A DNA stretch of 64,000 bases, from NCBI GenBank assembly GCA_951406725.2, contig OX597816.1:116560001-116624000 (forward strand), in the 5' to 3' direction. The DNA is from Octopus vulgaris. Its lineage: Eukaryota. Positions 24,951 through 39,169 of the stretch are shown here, piece after piece; the first letter of the stretch is position 1, and every line of letters starts with the position of its first letter. Below the pieces are notes generated by a model, which saw nothing but the letters and a program-made list of their open reading frames with translations, was not told the DNA's origin and did no database searches. The position numbers were made by a program, and so were the translations under genes.

Positions 24951-25058
24951 TCTTCACTTCTTACAGCCGTTTCAATTAATATTCAATAATCTAATTACAA
25001 ATTTGTACATTAAATTTGCATTTATGTGACATGAGCATAATTTCATCAGAGGTAAAAA
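24951..25058 (-). ncRNA. Type-I hammerhead ribozyme, canonical core, long AU-rich stem II (Penelope pLTR-type remnant ~24815-25070)
   Basis: Minus: TTTTTACCT-CTGATGA-AATTA..TAATT-GAAA-C GGCT G-TA^AGAAGTGAAGA; stem I has a bulge; stem III near-palindromic. Confidence 0.6.
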
Positions 25059-25117
25059 AAGCTGTACCTTGGGATGTTATATGTGAACCTATTTCAGCAG
25101 AAATATATATATATTAG

Positions 25118-26340
25118 TCTGAGTCCTCACCATTATATCACTACTTCTGGACCATCCGTTTTTTCGCGTCCACTGCGACTCGCCCCTGATCAGCTCAAAA
25201 AGGCTCGATCTGAGTTTGAGCATATGCTTCAACTCGGCCTTATTCACCCCTCCACCAGCCCTTGGGCATCTCATCTTCATTTGGCACGGAAAGGGATTCG
25301 GATTTTCGTCCGGAGGATTACAGACGTTTGAATGTAGTCACTGTTCCCGATCGCTATTCGTTAAAGAATCTCCAGGATTTTTCTTCAAACTTGCATGGTT
25401 GTACTATTTTTCCAAGGTTGACCTCATCCGGGCTAATCATCAAATTCCGATGAACCCTGACGACATTCCAAAAACTGCCTTTTGGAAGTTTCACGTTCCT
25501 GTTTATGAGCTTCGGTTTGCAGAATGCAACGGAGTACATTCCAGAGGTTTATTGACGAAGTTGTCCGTGGACTTGATTGTGTGTTCGCTTACGTGGATGA
25601 TTTGCTCATAGCTAGCGACACGCGTAAAAATCACCTCCAACACTTATCTCAACTTTTTCAGTGTCTTCGCACCTACAATGTGCGAATCAACTCCGATAAG
25701 TGTGTTTTCGGACAGACCTCTCTGGAATTCCTAGGTCATTATATTGGTTCTAATGTTATCCGACCTCTCTCCTCCAAAGTCGATGCAATTCAACGCATCT
25801 CTCTTCCCACTTCTTTACGCCAGCTGCGTCATTTCTTGGGAATCGTCAACTTCTACAGGAGATTCATAACTAAATGTGCAGACAAGTTACTTTCCTTGAT
25901 TCAACTATTGAAAACAAATAAAACAAAAAAATTCTCTTATCATTTTATCTGCCGAGGCATTATCTTCTATTGAGTCAATCAAGAAGGAAATAGCTTCTGT
26001 TCCTTTGCTTGCACATCCAGTTCCTGATGCTTGTCTCTCTTTAACAGTTGATGCATCGGATTCTGCGGTCGGTGCCGTTTCACAACATAACGTCGATAAT
26101 TAAACTCGACCTTTGACATTCTTTTCTCGTCAATTAAAGCCAGTTGAACGTTGTTACAGTACGTTTGATCGTGAACTCTTAGCGATCTACCTGTCGGTTC
26201 GTCATTTTCAACATCAACTCGAGCACCGAGATTTTATGATTTAAACTGATCATAAGCCTCTTACGTTTGCTCTGTCATCTAAATCCAGACAGACACTCTC
26301 CTCGTGCTTTTCGTCACCTGGACTATATCTCCCAGTTCAC
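25118..26340 (+). mobile_element. Ty3/gypsy pol fragment (RT and RNase H), frameshifted
   Basis: SPWAS, DYRRLN, DIPKTA, FQRFID, AYVDDLLIAS, FLGIVNFYRRFI, VDASDSAVGAV, YSTFDRELLAIY, TDHKPL. Confidence 0.95.
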
Positions 26341-27329
26341 GAGTTGCTTTTCACTGTTGGATTTACCCTTGAAGATCGACTTCTCATAGAAAATGTACAT
26401 AAACAACATATTCACAAGTGATGTCGATGGACTAACAAAGACAGGTGATTCAGCGCTTTGCACCTCCTCAGAGATAGACATCACCTGGTGTGTCATAGTC
26501 CATGGTTTTTATACATGCAAAAACAAAACTACAGCAACTCGTCACACCAAGCTCTTGAGGAAAAGTTAATTTAAAGCACGAACTCAGAACGCTGAGTGAA
26601 AGAATTCGTTCTACCCAACCGGCATACATACCAAGTTTGCTTTCAATCCATAGGCATTGTATCAGGAGATGAGGAAGAAAGACATTACCGTTACGAAAAC
26701 CACTTCTCAGCAAGATCTTGAAAATAGATTTCAACCAGAATGCATCGTCGTGCAGTTACGAAAAATGTTCTGCTAACCTCGACAGGTCCGAAATAAATTT
26801 TATCTTTCTTAGTCTGTTTGGATCGACAACTCCATTCCTCGGTCCAACCAATTTTGTTTCTGCAGTATCTGCCCCAGCAAAATGCTCGTTTTATCCTCTG
26901 TGCCGATGAGAACGGGAGACAATAATACACGTACGTGTGCAAACTAATGCACACACGCCCCCCCCACACACACACACAGATATATATATATATATATATA
27001 TATATGTCTGTGTGTGTGTGTATGTATGTATGTATGTATGTATATATATATATAAGCTTCTTTCAGTTTCTGTTTACTAAAATCACTCACAAGGCTTTGA
27101 TTGACCCCGAGCTATAGTCGAAGATACTGGCTCGAGATGTTACACAGTCGGACAGAACACAAAGGAAACTTCTTAACCACATGACTTTGCTATACGCAAT
27201 ATATGTGTGTATGTGTGCGAATTTTACGATATATGAAAGATTTTTGGGCCGGTTTGCTCGAGTTGAAAAAACAGCAACAACAACAACAACAATTACTATT
27301 ACAGCAACAAATGCTGCAATTAATGAATA

Positions 27330-29317
27330 GTAAGTCGTCAGGGAATGCTGAATAAAGTTCTTGCCAGATTATGTTGTGAACTCGATAACAGAGTTTAAGT
27401 ACAAACCAGACGAAGGAGTTACCTTCGAGGCGGCTTACTGTAGATGATACGAAAAAATCTCCAATAAAGAGTACAAAGATTGGGATGACGTTATGAAAAC
27501 GCGTTTAATCTTAAGAAAACTGGCAGCAGGAGAACATGAGCGTTACAGCAATTACGTACTCCCGAAAAAGCCTTAACATAAACTTTAAAGATACAAAAGA
27601 CATATTGTGTAAATTTTTAGTGAGAAAAGTTCGTTATTCAATACACGTTGGAAATGTTTGAATTTAGAGAAGAACAACGAAGAGGACTAGATCATATATG
27701 CTGGTAGAGTTAACAGGGAATGTGAAAGTTCAAGCTCGACGAACTAACTCCAGATATGTTCAAGTGCCTGATATTTACTCAGGGACTAACTGCAGAAACA
27801 GACGCAGAAGAAAGAAGAAAGAATTCTCGCTAAGCTGGAACAAAACCAAGCTGTAACCTTACAAGAGTTAGAAGACCGTGAAAGAATAGTAAATTTAGAG
27901 ATTGCTCCCAAGTGAAGCAAGTGCGAAATAGGCAGAATAGAAATCAAGTGTGTACAAAAATACAGTACATACAGGACAAAAAAAAAACAGGAGACAAGCC
28001 CATGTTTTGCCTTTGAAGGTCGACACCTGAGAAAAAACTGCCTATTTAAGAAAATAGAATGCTTCTGTTGTGGAAAAAGTTAGGCATATAAAAGGGCACT
28101 ATAGAACTAAGGTGACAAACTGTTGGAACAAAAGGTAAAGAATAAACAGTATGTCATCGAAAGAGACTGGTAACGAAGAGGAAATTTGTAAATGTAAAAA
28201 TTAAAAATAGAAGATTAAAAAGGCAGTTAGACACTGGAAGTGATATTGCCATTATAAATGGTAATATTAGTTCCAGTGTCTAACTGGAAGTATGTCGGTA
28301 AGCCGAAATTAATTAAATCTGCAAAAGTTGCTCTTGGTGTTACGGCCAAAAGATTGTATTTTGTAGGTGAATTTGTGTGTAATATAACATTTCGTGACCA
28401 AATGAAAACGGCAAAAATATATGTGCTGAAAGATTCAGATAAACTATTCGGCACAGAGTGCATGAAACTTTTCAAATTGTGGAATACGCCCGTAAGTGTT
28501 TTGAGTGGGAATATAGTCGATTCATTCGAAGTTTCGAATGAAGCTAAGGGACTGAAACAAAAAATAAAACGTTTCCAGATGTTTTCTAGGAGGAACTGGG
28601 TTGCTGCACGAAAACAAAGGCAAAAATTGCAGTAAAACAAAGTGCAACACCTGTATTTAAACCAAAACGGAATGTACCATTCTCGTCAAAATCACCAACG
28701 ATAAAAAGTGAACCTTGGCCAAAAGTAGATGTTCCGTGGTCGAGACTACACATCGATTTCGCTGGTCCTTTAAACGGTACATAACTACATAATGGTATTT
28801 GATAGTTTCTCTAAATGGCCAGAAATTTCTAAGTGTAAAAAACCGACCTCCTCAGCTGTGACAATTTTTCTTACATGAGCTGTTTGCGAGATTTGGCATC
28901 CCAGACGCGGTAGTATCTGACAATGGAACGCAATTTGTATCTTAAATTTTAAAAATTTTATAAAATGTACACGGTAGAACATGTAACTAGTGCGCCATAC
29001 CATCCCAGATCTAACAGGCAAGCAGAACGTTTTGTGGACACATTCAAGATAGTCATAAGAAAGTCGAATATGGAAGTCATGGATGAGGTAGCTCTACAAC
29101 AATTCTTAAGCATATACCGTGTGACACCAAATCCAAATACACCAGCAAGTATGTCACCAGTGGAGTTGATGTTTGCAAAGAAAGTAAAATCAGTCTTCGA
29201 CAAATTGCTACCTGGCAAGAAAAGAAAAATTGCAATGGAAAATACAGCAAGATTTTTCAAAATTGGTGGAAAGATATTTGTGAGGGCTCATAGAATGGGA
29301 AACAGTGTTGGAAAGAC
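27330..29317 (+). mobile_element. Second Ty3/gypsy remnant: gag, protease and integrase, with RT/RNase H deleted
   Basis: LDTGSD protease motif (~28228); PWSRLHIDFAGP, DSFSKWPE, FGIPDAVVSDNGTQF, APYHPRSNRQAERFVDTFK. Confidence 0.9.
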
Positions 29318-32129
29318 GTATGTATGTATGTATGTATGTATGTATGTATGTATGTATGTATGTATGTATGTATGTATGTATGTATGAATGCATGCATGCA
29401 GGCAACTGAAAAACCTCCCATATTTTACACAGTCATTATTGTGACACTAATAAATTTAAGCAGGTAGTAACAGTGTTTTGATATAATCAATGTTGTTATT
29501 CTTTTTATAGTTACCTTTAGGTTTTGAATAGGAGCACACTGTGAGTTTGTTGTTGAAAAGTTTATCAAGAATGGTTAATCTGAGTAGGGTTTTTTTTGTT
29601 TGTTTGTTTGTGTTTGTTTGTTTTTTTTTTTTGTACCCTGTATATCTTTGAATTTCATTTTCTCAAAATAACTATATTAGAGATAATTGAGCTCAGAATG
29701 ATTTATGAAGTATTTCTTCTACTCACATTACTTAACTTCTAACACATTTTTGATATTTTCAGCTGTATATCTGATCTCATGGGGCAGCCAGAACTACTCA
29801 GTTTGGTTGGTTTGACAAAAAGAAATATGAGTACTTATTGACAGGAACAATTACATTTTAAAACTGTTTCTTTTACAACAACGTTGATCAGAATAAATCA
29901 ACATAAGAGCTTCTATGCAGTTGCTCAACTTGTTATATATAGCAGTCAAACCGACCTCATATCACATTATGCTGTCTTTAAAACAGAAAGGCTAGATTTA
30001 TTAGTATATACATACATCAGCTCAATTAGTTTTGATATGGGGACCAACAAATATAACTATAATGACAGCGACAAGGAAAAAACTTTGATGTGAATAATAT
30101 ATGAGAGGGTACATTTTTTTCTTCTTTGAAGTTATTAATAAAATTAAATATAACAGATTTAAAGAATTGAATATTATTAAGAAATTTAATTCCATAATAT
30201 TATATAGATTTGCACTTATCTATCACTCCACTTCAAAAGAAAACATATTAACTTTCTTGATAGCTTACAAAATTCTCTGGGGATATTTGCTCAAAGAGAG
30301 ATAAGTAATAAAATACAAGAACAGCATTGCTTATGGCTTGCAATATGTTAGTTTTTAGGCCTAGTTCAGCAGTGATCTAGTTGACCTATGGCTAAAGGCT
30401 TTCCAACCATGACCAGCTGGTCTTTATCTAGACAATCTATTTAGGGCTATATTATATAATGTACTCTTCAATTTTTAAACACTCTAAAGTGTCATTTGAA
30501 TAAGACTTCACTACTGTAACCAACTGATGAATTGACTTTGTAAAGCCCACCTCATTGGCTCATTGTGCCACCTATTTTCTGTGTGAATATCAATTAGATA
30601 CAGACCTGACATAGCCAGCAGCTCACAATGTACTGAAACAATTTGAAGAGGATAAACAAGGAGTAAATTAACAGAGTTAACAGTTGAATGTGACAGTCTT
30701 TTAGCAAAACAGGTTTTGAGTGTCATATACATATCCCAACTGATGAAGTGTCTCTTTCTGATGATGTGCACTCAGGATGGATCAGTCATGAGTAAAATAA
30801 CAGAAAACATGGGAGGAAATTTATGAAGTTACTCATGAAGATCATCACAAACCATAAGTTCTTTTACATGACTGAACCTTCCAGAAGAGCTGCACAAAAT
30901 ATCATAACATGTTCTACATTGCTGTAGTCTGTCTTCTAGCTCCTGACACTCAGGGAGAAACAGTGGCTTCTTGACATGTGTTTTGAGCTATGTCTCCCAA
31001 CATAACCTTAAGATTGAAAGGATTCTACTTCAATACAATAGATTAAATTTTAAAGGAACTGCAGATAGTTTTGTATAGCCTTTAAGAAGACTTTCCTAAT
31101 GGTTTTGAAACATAGAAGATGCAGAGATGGCAGTGTACATTCTCAAAATGGTTATTTAAAGGAGATGATTTCTAAATATAGATAATGGCTTCAAATTTTG
31201 GCACAGGGCTAGCAGTTTCAAGGACAGGGTATTAGTCAACAACATCAACCCCAGTTCTCTAGTGATACTTATTTTATCAACCCCAAAATATGAAAATTAA
31301 AGTTAATCTCGGTAGGATGTAAACTCTAAATGTAAAGCCAAAAGAAATGCCCCTAAGCATTTTGTCCAGCATGCTATTGATTCTGCCAGCCCCATGGTCT
31401 TATTCCTAAATATAAAGAGTAAATAGGATATATTATTTACTGGAATACCAGTGTACCTTATTTTTAGAACTTTGTAGAGAACTTTCTAATATCACATTGA
31501 ATATGGAAAGTAACCCATTTCTTTGTCAGGAAACTTAACAGCAAAAGCATGTCAACTGTTTCATGTAAATTACATGCTTGGTTTTCCTTAACAGAGACCT
31601 AAGAATGTGTAGCAACACTGAGCCAGCAAATACCAGATGCCTTTTATATTCAGTTGATAATTAGCTGCAGGTGACACTAATCAATGAAATTCAGGATCAC
31701 AGGTGTTCCAAAAGTGACCATCTATTATTTTCTGATGTATTGTATTTCAGATCACAATATTTAATGTTCCATCATTTCTAAGGTGGTAGGTTATGGTTTT
31801 ATGGAGATTTGGCTGTTATTTCTTGCATTTTGAATTACCATGTCAAGGCTCTCACTTATTATAGCATATTCTAGTACACCAAGTAATGTCTCAAATATTG
31901 TTCTATTATATAACAACACACACTGTACTATAGAATGGTATCTTATTAGAATTATATACCAGAAATTTCAATTAAGTGAGCCAATAGAAATGTATCTATG
32001 TGATTGGTCACTTGGCCTACAAGAAATAGTAACCAAATGTCCTTAAATTACATTCCAACATCATAAAAGAAAGAGAATATACATTAGATAACATAGCCCT
32101 TGATAGCCCCACCACCAGTGGACATAAAT

Positions 32130-32830
32130 TGACAATGATGAAGATGATGACGATGATCATGATCATGTTGATGAAGACGAAGAGGTGGAGAAGGAGGATA
32201 ATGATGACAATGAGGAAGATGGTAATGATGATGATGATGACCACAACAATGACGATGATGATGACAATGACAATGACAAAGATGATGACATTGATAATGA
32301 TTTCATCTTCGTCATAATCATCATCATCATCATGAGCATGTTGATGACGATAAGGAAGAGGAAGAGTGGGAGGAAAAAGATTACAATGATGAAGATGATG
32401 ATGATGATGATGATTACAACGACAATGATGACTGCAGAGATGACAACAATAATGGCGATGACAACAGAGACGACGATGACAATGGCAACAATGATGGAAA
32501 CAGCAGCAATGAGAGTGATGATGATGACAGCAAAGACAGCCGTTCAAGAATTTGGACGTGGAGATTTCTATTTCCAGCGACTTCGAGGGCCACCTCCCAG
32601 TGGTGTCAGGCATCAACGAAGTTTTTTTTTTTTTTCCCCAAGGTCTGGGGTCTCCCGCCCCCTAAGCTCTAGACCATCACCTAATCACCCTTAACCGTCT
32701 TGTTACTTAACAACAACAACAACAGCAACGACAATGATGTCAGCAATGATGACAATAGCAATGACAAATATGATGACACTCCTAATGGTTTTGGTGAGCA
32801 CGATAATGTCAAAGACGATAAAGACAAAGA
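32130..32830. repeat. Degenerate (GAT/GAC)n field with a non-repetitive insert at ~32535-32710
   Basis: Direct reading. Confidence 0.8.
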
Positions 32831-33179
32831 CACAAATCCAAACCAACTGTAATTCTACTCTTAATCTCAAGTGTCTTTGGATAAATATATTTGATGACCA
32901 GGTTCCTTTCTAACAAGGCTACTACTTGAACTGCTTGTTCAGAACTACATGGTAGCTATGAAACAAAATTGTCTCAATTATAAAAAACATATTTTAAATG
33001 AACTAGATTAGGTCCACTTCAAGCTTATTGCTCACTAGTACATTAGTCCTTGTACACTGACCAAATCATAAGCAACACATTAGAACATGCCAACAGCTGA
33101 TGTTTAATAAACAACAACAACTATTAAAGAACAGTTCTTTCTTTTCTGAAATGACATCTCCTTGTTGCAATTATTATTA

Positions 33180-33237
<58 letters not shown>

Positions 33238-34683
33238 CATCATTATCATCTTCATCATCATCATCATTATTATTATTATTAAGGAATAATTTTTTATTAT
33301 TGTTATTAATTGTTTTTATCATTTTTCCTTTCCTTTCAATTTCCTTTTATTTAAATATCTGTCTGTCTGTTAGTCAGTCAGTAAGTCTGTCTATCTAACA
33401 ATCTTACATGAAGAATGGAAACCTGGTATTGATTAAATCAAAAAGACGAACTTAGAAGGAGGCAAAAAATGAAGCAATCAGTTCTTAAGTAAATAAATAT
33501 ATAAATATAAAAGAGATAGTGAAGAAGTTTTGCCCTTTTGGCAAATTGAAATTTACATAATAATAATTGTTAAAAATGCTTGATAAAGAACCGAGAAGCC
33601 AAGTAGAAAATTATTGGATGTGTGTCCTGCTTGTTTGAAGAAAATGAACTGTTTTGCTTCTTTAGTGATTACACAATTTGCCTTCAGTAGAAATTTCTAG
33701 TTGTTAAATTTTAAAGTCATGACAAAGTGCAAAAATACAGATTCAGTGCAACTAGAGGTAAAATTTGAAAATCTTCAAGAATTACATCTCCGAGGCATAG
33801 AAATTATGCAGTTCAAGAAGTCTGAAGATTGCCTTTAGCCCTCCGGATGTGAATGAGAAAGAGAAGAGAGGTGATGGTGGTGGATGTTAGGGGGTAGGTG
33901 ATGGTGAAAGAAGAGAAGGAGGAGGAGGAATTGAAATAAATGGATGTCTGAAAAGGAAAAAAAAGGTAAAAGCTCTTTCTATTTAGTGATGATGGTGACA
34001 TTGGGGATGAGGATGGTGGTGGTGAATAAATGTAGCACTGATAAAACAAATAATAATAAATAAATAACAAAATAAATATATTTTATTGAATACTGCTTCA
34101 AATTGACCAAGATAAAATTTTTCAAGTTTCTGAAATTACAAAACAGGTAAAAAAAAATTAATTAAATAAAATTAGAAAAAAGAAATTATATATAAAAATA
34201 TATATAAAAACTAAAGAATTAAAAATAAAGATAAAATTTAATTTCAAAAAATAATATGCAAATTTAAATAGTAAGAATGAGCTTTCAGTTCTGATTTTCA
34301 TTTGGAGGTGGGGTTCTCAGAATAGAGAATGACACAAGGAATTTCAAATTGCAGGGTGTTTTAGAATTCCCTCACACAACCTACTGCTCCCAAAATCAAA
34401 ATCAAAAACATCTGTGGCTAAAAGATTTGATATACATCTAACTCCTCTCACTAAATGAGGATGTAATGGAAGATGGAGGTGGAGAGAGAAGGACAAAAGC
34501 AGCACCTGTTAATTTGACTAGCTAGCCATATGCAACTGCCTTTACATACACTATACATACATCAACACACATACATGCACACACACACATACACACGCAC
34601 ACATGCACACATACATATACACATGGTGAGCATGTATCTCAGAATATTTATACCTATGTCCATGGTTATCTAACAATCTAACC

Positions 34684-34737
<54 letters not shown>

Positions 34738-34752
34738 GCACACACACACATG

Positions 34753-34791
<39 letters not shown>

Positions 34792-35024
34792 TATATATAT
34801 ATACTTTTTATCTTTTACTCATTTCAGTCATTAGATTTTGGCCATGCTGGGGCACTGCCTTGAAGAATTTTAAGATGTAAGAATAAATCCCAAGTACTTT
34901 CTTTTTTAAGACTGGTATTATTTTATTGGTCTCTTTTGCTAAACTAAGTTTCCAGGACATAAACAGCCCAACACCTCTTTTCAAGCAGTGACGAGGGACA
35001 CACACAGACACAAAGACACATGCA

Positions 35025-35079
<55 letters not shown>

Positions 35080-35235
35080 ATTTATATTATGAGAAAGGCA
35101 GAGAGAAATGTATGTATGCATGTACTTTTATTGTAAACTTGACACAATAGTGCTTCATACATATGTATATATATATATATATACATACATACATAAATGC
35201 ATGTGTATTTGTGCATGTGTGTGTATATCTATACG

Positions 35236-35277
<42 letters not shown>

Positions 35278-35654
35278 ACCAAGATAGTGGCCTGAGCAGG
35301 GTTAGTATGTGAGACCAGCAAATGCCCATGCAGCAGGCCTCCCACCTCCATTCCACAGAAGTTGTTCAAGGTAGGGACAGGTGCCAGCACAGCTTGGTAT
35401 CAATGCTATCACAGAAGTCACCAGAACAATGTTGAAGATTATGTTGGACTGATTTATGGACTTCTGCTCCTAATTTCTTCCTCAGGGTTTACTCCCAAAT
35501 CCTTCCCCAAGAGTGGAGATTACTGCAAAGTCAGAGGGGTATGAAATTAGCTTGTCCTCTCTTATATGAGTTGCTTTCCTAGGCTGATGAGTTCCTTTTT
35601 ATATAATATAATAATAATGAAATTATTGTATACATTATTGCATAATTATCTGGC

Positions 35655-35914
35655 TTCTGTGCAGGTGGCACGTAAAATGCACCAATCCGACCGTGGCCGA
35701 TGCCAGCCTCGCCTGGCACCAGTGCAGGTGGCACGTAAAAAGCACACACTACACTCACGGAGTGGTTGGCGTTAGGAAGGGCATCCAGCTGTAGGAACAT
35801 TGCCAGATAAGACCGGAGCCTGGTGCAGCCTTCTGGCTTCCAAGATCCCCGGTCGAACCGTCCAACCCATGCTAGCATGGAGAACGGATGTTAAACGATG
35901 ATGATGATGATGAT
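35655..35914 (+). mobile_element. SINE family C / RTE-type 3' tail ending (GAT)n
   Basis: GAGTGGTTGGCGTTAGGAAGGGCATCCAGCTGTAG..CATGCTAGCATGG..TTAAACGATGATGAT; relatives at 36850-37203, 39800-40190(-), 50320-50600(-). Confidence 0.75.
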
Positions 35915-36004
35915 ATTGTAATTATTCTATTACCTGAAGCATAGATTTAAAGGTGCCATCACTCACCTTCATCTCTCCTCTTGTCAGTATAAACAATTCT
36001 GCCA

Positions 36005-36290
36005 GGCACAGAGGCTGAGTTGCACTAGAAGGCCAGAGGTTGAACATGACTAGCAGAGTATTTGAAAACATTTCTTAGAAGTGGAAGTTTATCCCCAATA
36101 CTGGTTTGACTACATTTCAATTCATAAGAGAACACAAGGATATCCACATCTTCATTTCAAAGATGTCTGCAAGAGAGATACTAAGTTTCATAACTTAAAC
36201 AGTGAAAAGTGGGAGGACATTACTGATGATCGTGCTTGCTGGAGACTGGAACGAGACACCTGCACACGAAAACACAAAAGTAAAGTGCCT
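36005..36290 (+). mobile_element. RTE LINE C-terminal fragment
   Basis: KRTQGYPHLHFKDVCKRD..WEDITDDRACWR. Confidence 0.65.
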
Positions 36291-37671
36291 GCTGACATAC
36301 CTGATGCAATCAGTCTAGAAATTTCAATTAAATGAAATTGCATCTTTAATAACGACTGTAATAATTTTCTGTTTTCTACATAACTAATTCTGGCAAAAAA
36401 TTTCAAGAAATAACACTTTAAAAATTTCAGTTAATTAAGGAGTTAGGAGTGAATTTGATCTGTAGCAATACTCTGACAACTCAAAACACATTTCTGTATT
36501 ATTGAACATTTTCAGCAAAGCAAGTTTAACCGTTACAATAGATGTTAGATGGCTAGAGAAGTATACAGGATTTTTGTGAAATAATGAGGGTAATTATAAT
36601 ATTAAAGAATGACTGAGGCAAAAATATCTATAAAACAAGAGCAGTGGCTCTGATCTTTACTGACTCTCATATACTGATATGCTGCTGATCCTACTTCCCT
36701 CACTTCATTGCTCCCTCTTCCTCTTCCGGTGAGGCCCCTCAGCCATTGACATCACTGCCCTTTCCTACCAGGTCACCTCATCTCCACATACTAATGCACA
36801 CATTCATAAATTCATGTGCACAAACATACTCACAAATTCAAGCACATTGTCCCTGTATCGTAGTTTGACCTTTCATCACCTGGAAAGCCACCTCCCTCAA
36901 TACCACTCCTGCTCTCAGTTGAGGGGTTTTTGCCTTGCAAGTTACTTGGTGACTTCGCCAATGTTGGACAACTTAAAGTGGCTGGTGTTAGAAAGGGCAT
37001 CCAGCTGTAAATGGGCTGTGTTAGGGAGGTAATCCAGCTGTAAAGGGGCTGTGTTAGAAAGGGCATCCAGCTGTAGAAACCATGTCAAAATAGACAGTAG
37101 AGCTTAACAGTCCTCTGATTTGCCAGCTCCTGTCAAACCATCCAACCTATGCCAACATGGAAGACTGACATGAAATGGTGGCGTTGATGATGATGATGAT
37201 GACATCTAACAAAACAGCAACAACTAAGACAACAATGACAATGATAGCAGTAAGAGCCTTGGATGACTGAAAGATTAAATAGTGGTGGTTCATGGGTTCA
37301 AACACTGTCACATGTCTTCAATGGCACCTTTTAGTCATAACACATTACTTTGCTTCCTTCTAGTAATGCAACTGGTTGAATGATTAGTATTTGGAAGACA
37401 CCAGAAGTCACAAATGCTGCATACAAATGCTAGAATGCATATTTTTCAAACATCTGCCCCCCCCCCCAAAAAAAAAATTTAGAAACATTATTTTATTCAG
37501 TATATTAAATACAATTTAAATATTGATATATGTATGTGAATATCAAAGTGTACATAAGTCTTTACATACTTAAGCTTACAATATAGAAATATCATTTCCT
37601 GCACAACACACACACACACACACACACATATTCATAGTTGTGTATATATATATATATATGTATGTATGTGT

Positions 37672-37722
<51 letters not shown>

Positions 37723-37794
37723 CATACATATATACATATATAAATATATGTATGTATAAATATATGTGTGTGTATATATGCATATATGTGTATG

Positions 37795-37845
<51 letters not shown>

Positions 37846-37987
37846 TATATATGTATATATATGTACATGTATACACACACACATATACATATATGTATAC
37901 ATATATATACACATCATACACATAATATAATATATAGATAGATATATATATATGTGTATGTATATATATATATATATACATACACAC

Positions 37988-38053
<66 letters not shown>

Positions 38054-38593
38054 TCAATCAATAAGCATTGTGCAGATAACTGATGATGTTGGAACAAGTT
38101 TTGATACACAAGGCAGAGAATGAATTATAAAATAACCATATTTTACATCCACATCATTTGGTCTTTCTTTTCATAATGACATGACTGGTAGAAGTATGGG
38201 AGGAGTTGAGGGTCAGTACTGCTGAATGGAAGGGATAACAAATGAGTTTAATATAAGAAAAAATATATATATATATATGCACATACACAATTTACACATG
38301 CTTACTTTTTTGCTATTATTATTATCATCATCATCCTCATCCTCATTATTATTATTATTATTATTACTATTATTATTATTATTATTATTACTATTATTAT
38401 TATTACCATCATCATCATCATCATTATTGGTTGTTTCTCTGTTGGGATTTCTCAATTCATTCCTTATCTATACTGTTTTTTTATGCGTAGCTTTTATTTT
38501 TCATAATCAGTTCTGCATAGATCCCTACTATTCTTGCCATGTCCCCTCATATGTTATCCTTGTGGCAAATAAAGAAATTACTATCATCAACAT

Positions 38594-38626
<33 letters not shown>

Positions 38627-38882
38627 TTCATTATTACTATTATCATCATCATCATCACTAACGTCGTCATCGTCATCATTACCATTGCTGATGTTGTTGT
38701 TGTTTATCCTTATTGTTTCTACTGATGCTGCTGCTGCTAATTCAGATTTTCAAACAACATATATCTAGGTTCATTTTGTTTACTAAGAGGCGAAATGATT
38801 CTGGAGAACTATCTGTGACACCTCTGATGTAACAAGAATAGGAAAAATTCATTTTATTATCATTATTTCATATATATATATC

Positions 38883-38916
<34 letters not shown>

Positions 38917-39135
38917 TGTATGTATACATACATGTATGTATATATAAATATATATATATATACACATATATATACATATAGACACAAACACACACACATA
39001 TACACACATAGACACACACACACACACATAAATACATATATATATATATTATATGTTATATATTCACAGATATGAATACCTACACATAAAGATATGCTTA
39101 CACACCTTTATGTGAATATACATATGCACTCTCTC

Positions 39136-39169
<34 letters not shown>

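Noticed and set aside
32017-32694. Long His/Cys-, Met- or Asp-rich ORFs
   Set aside because: Translations of a degenerate trinucleotide repeat
36985-37075. Three ~31-bp direct repeats, CRISPR-like at first sight
   Set aside because: No unique spacers; slippage triplication within a SINE tail in eukaryotic DNA
37576-38768. ORFs over 170 aa (YIYI.., poly-L/S)
   Set aside because: Microsatellite translations
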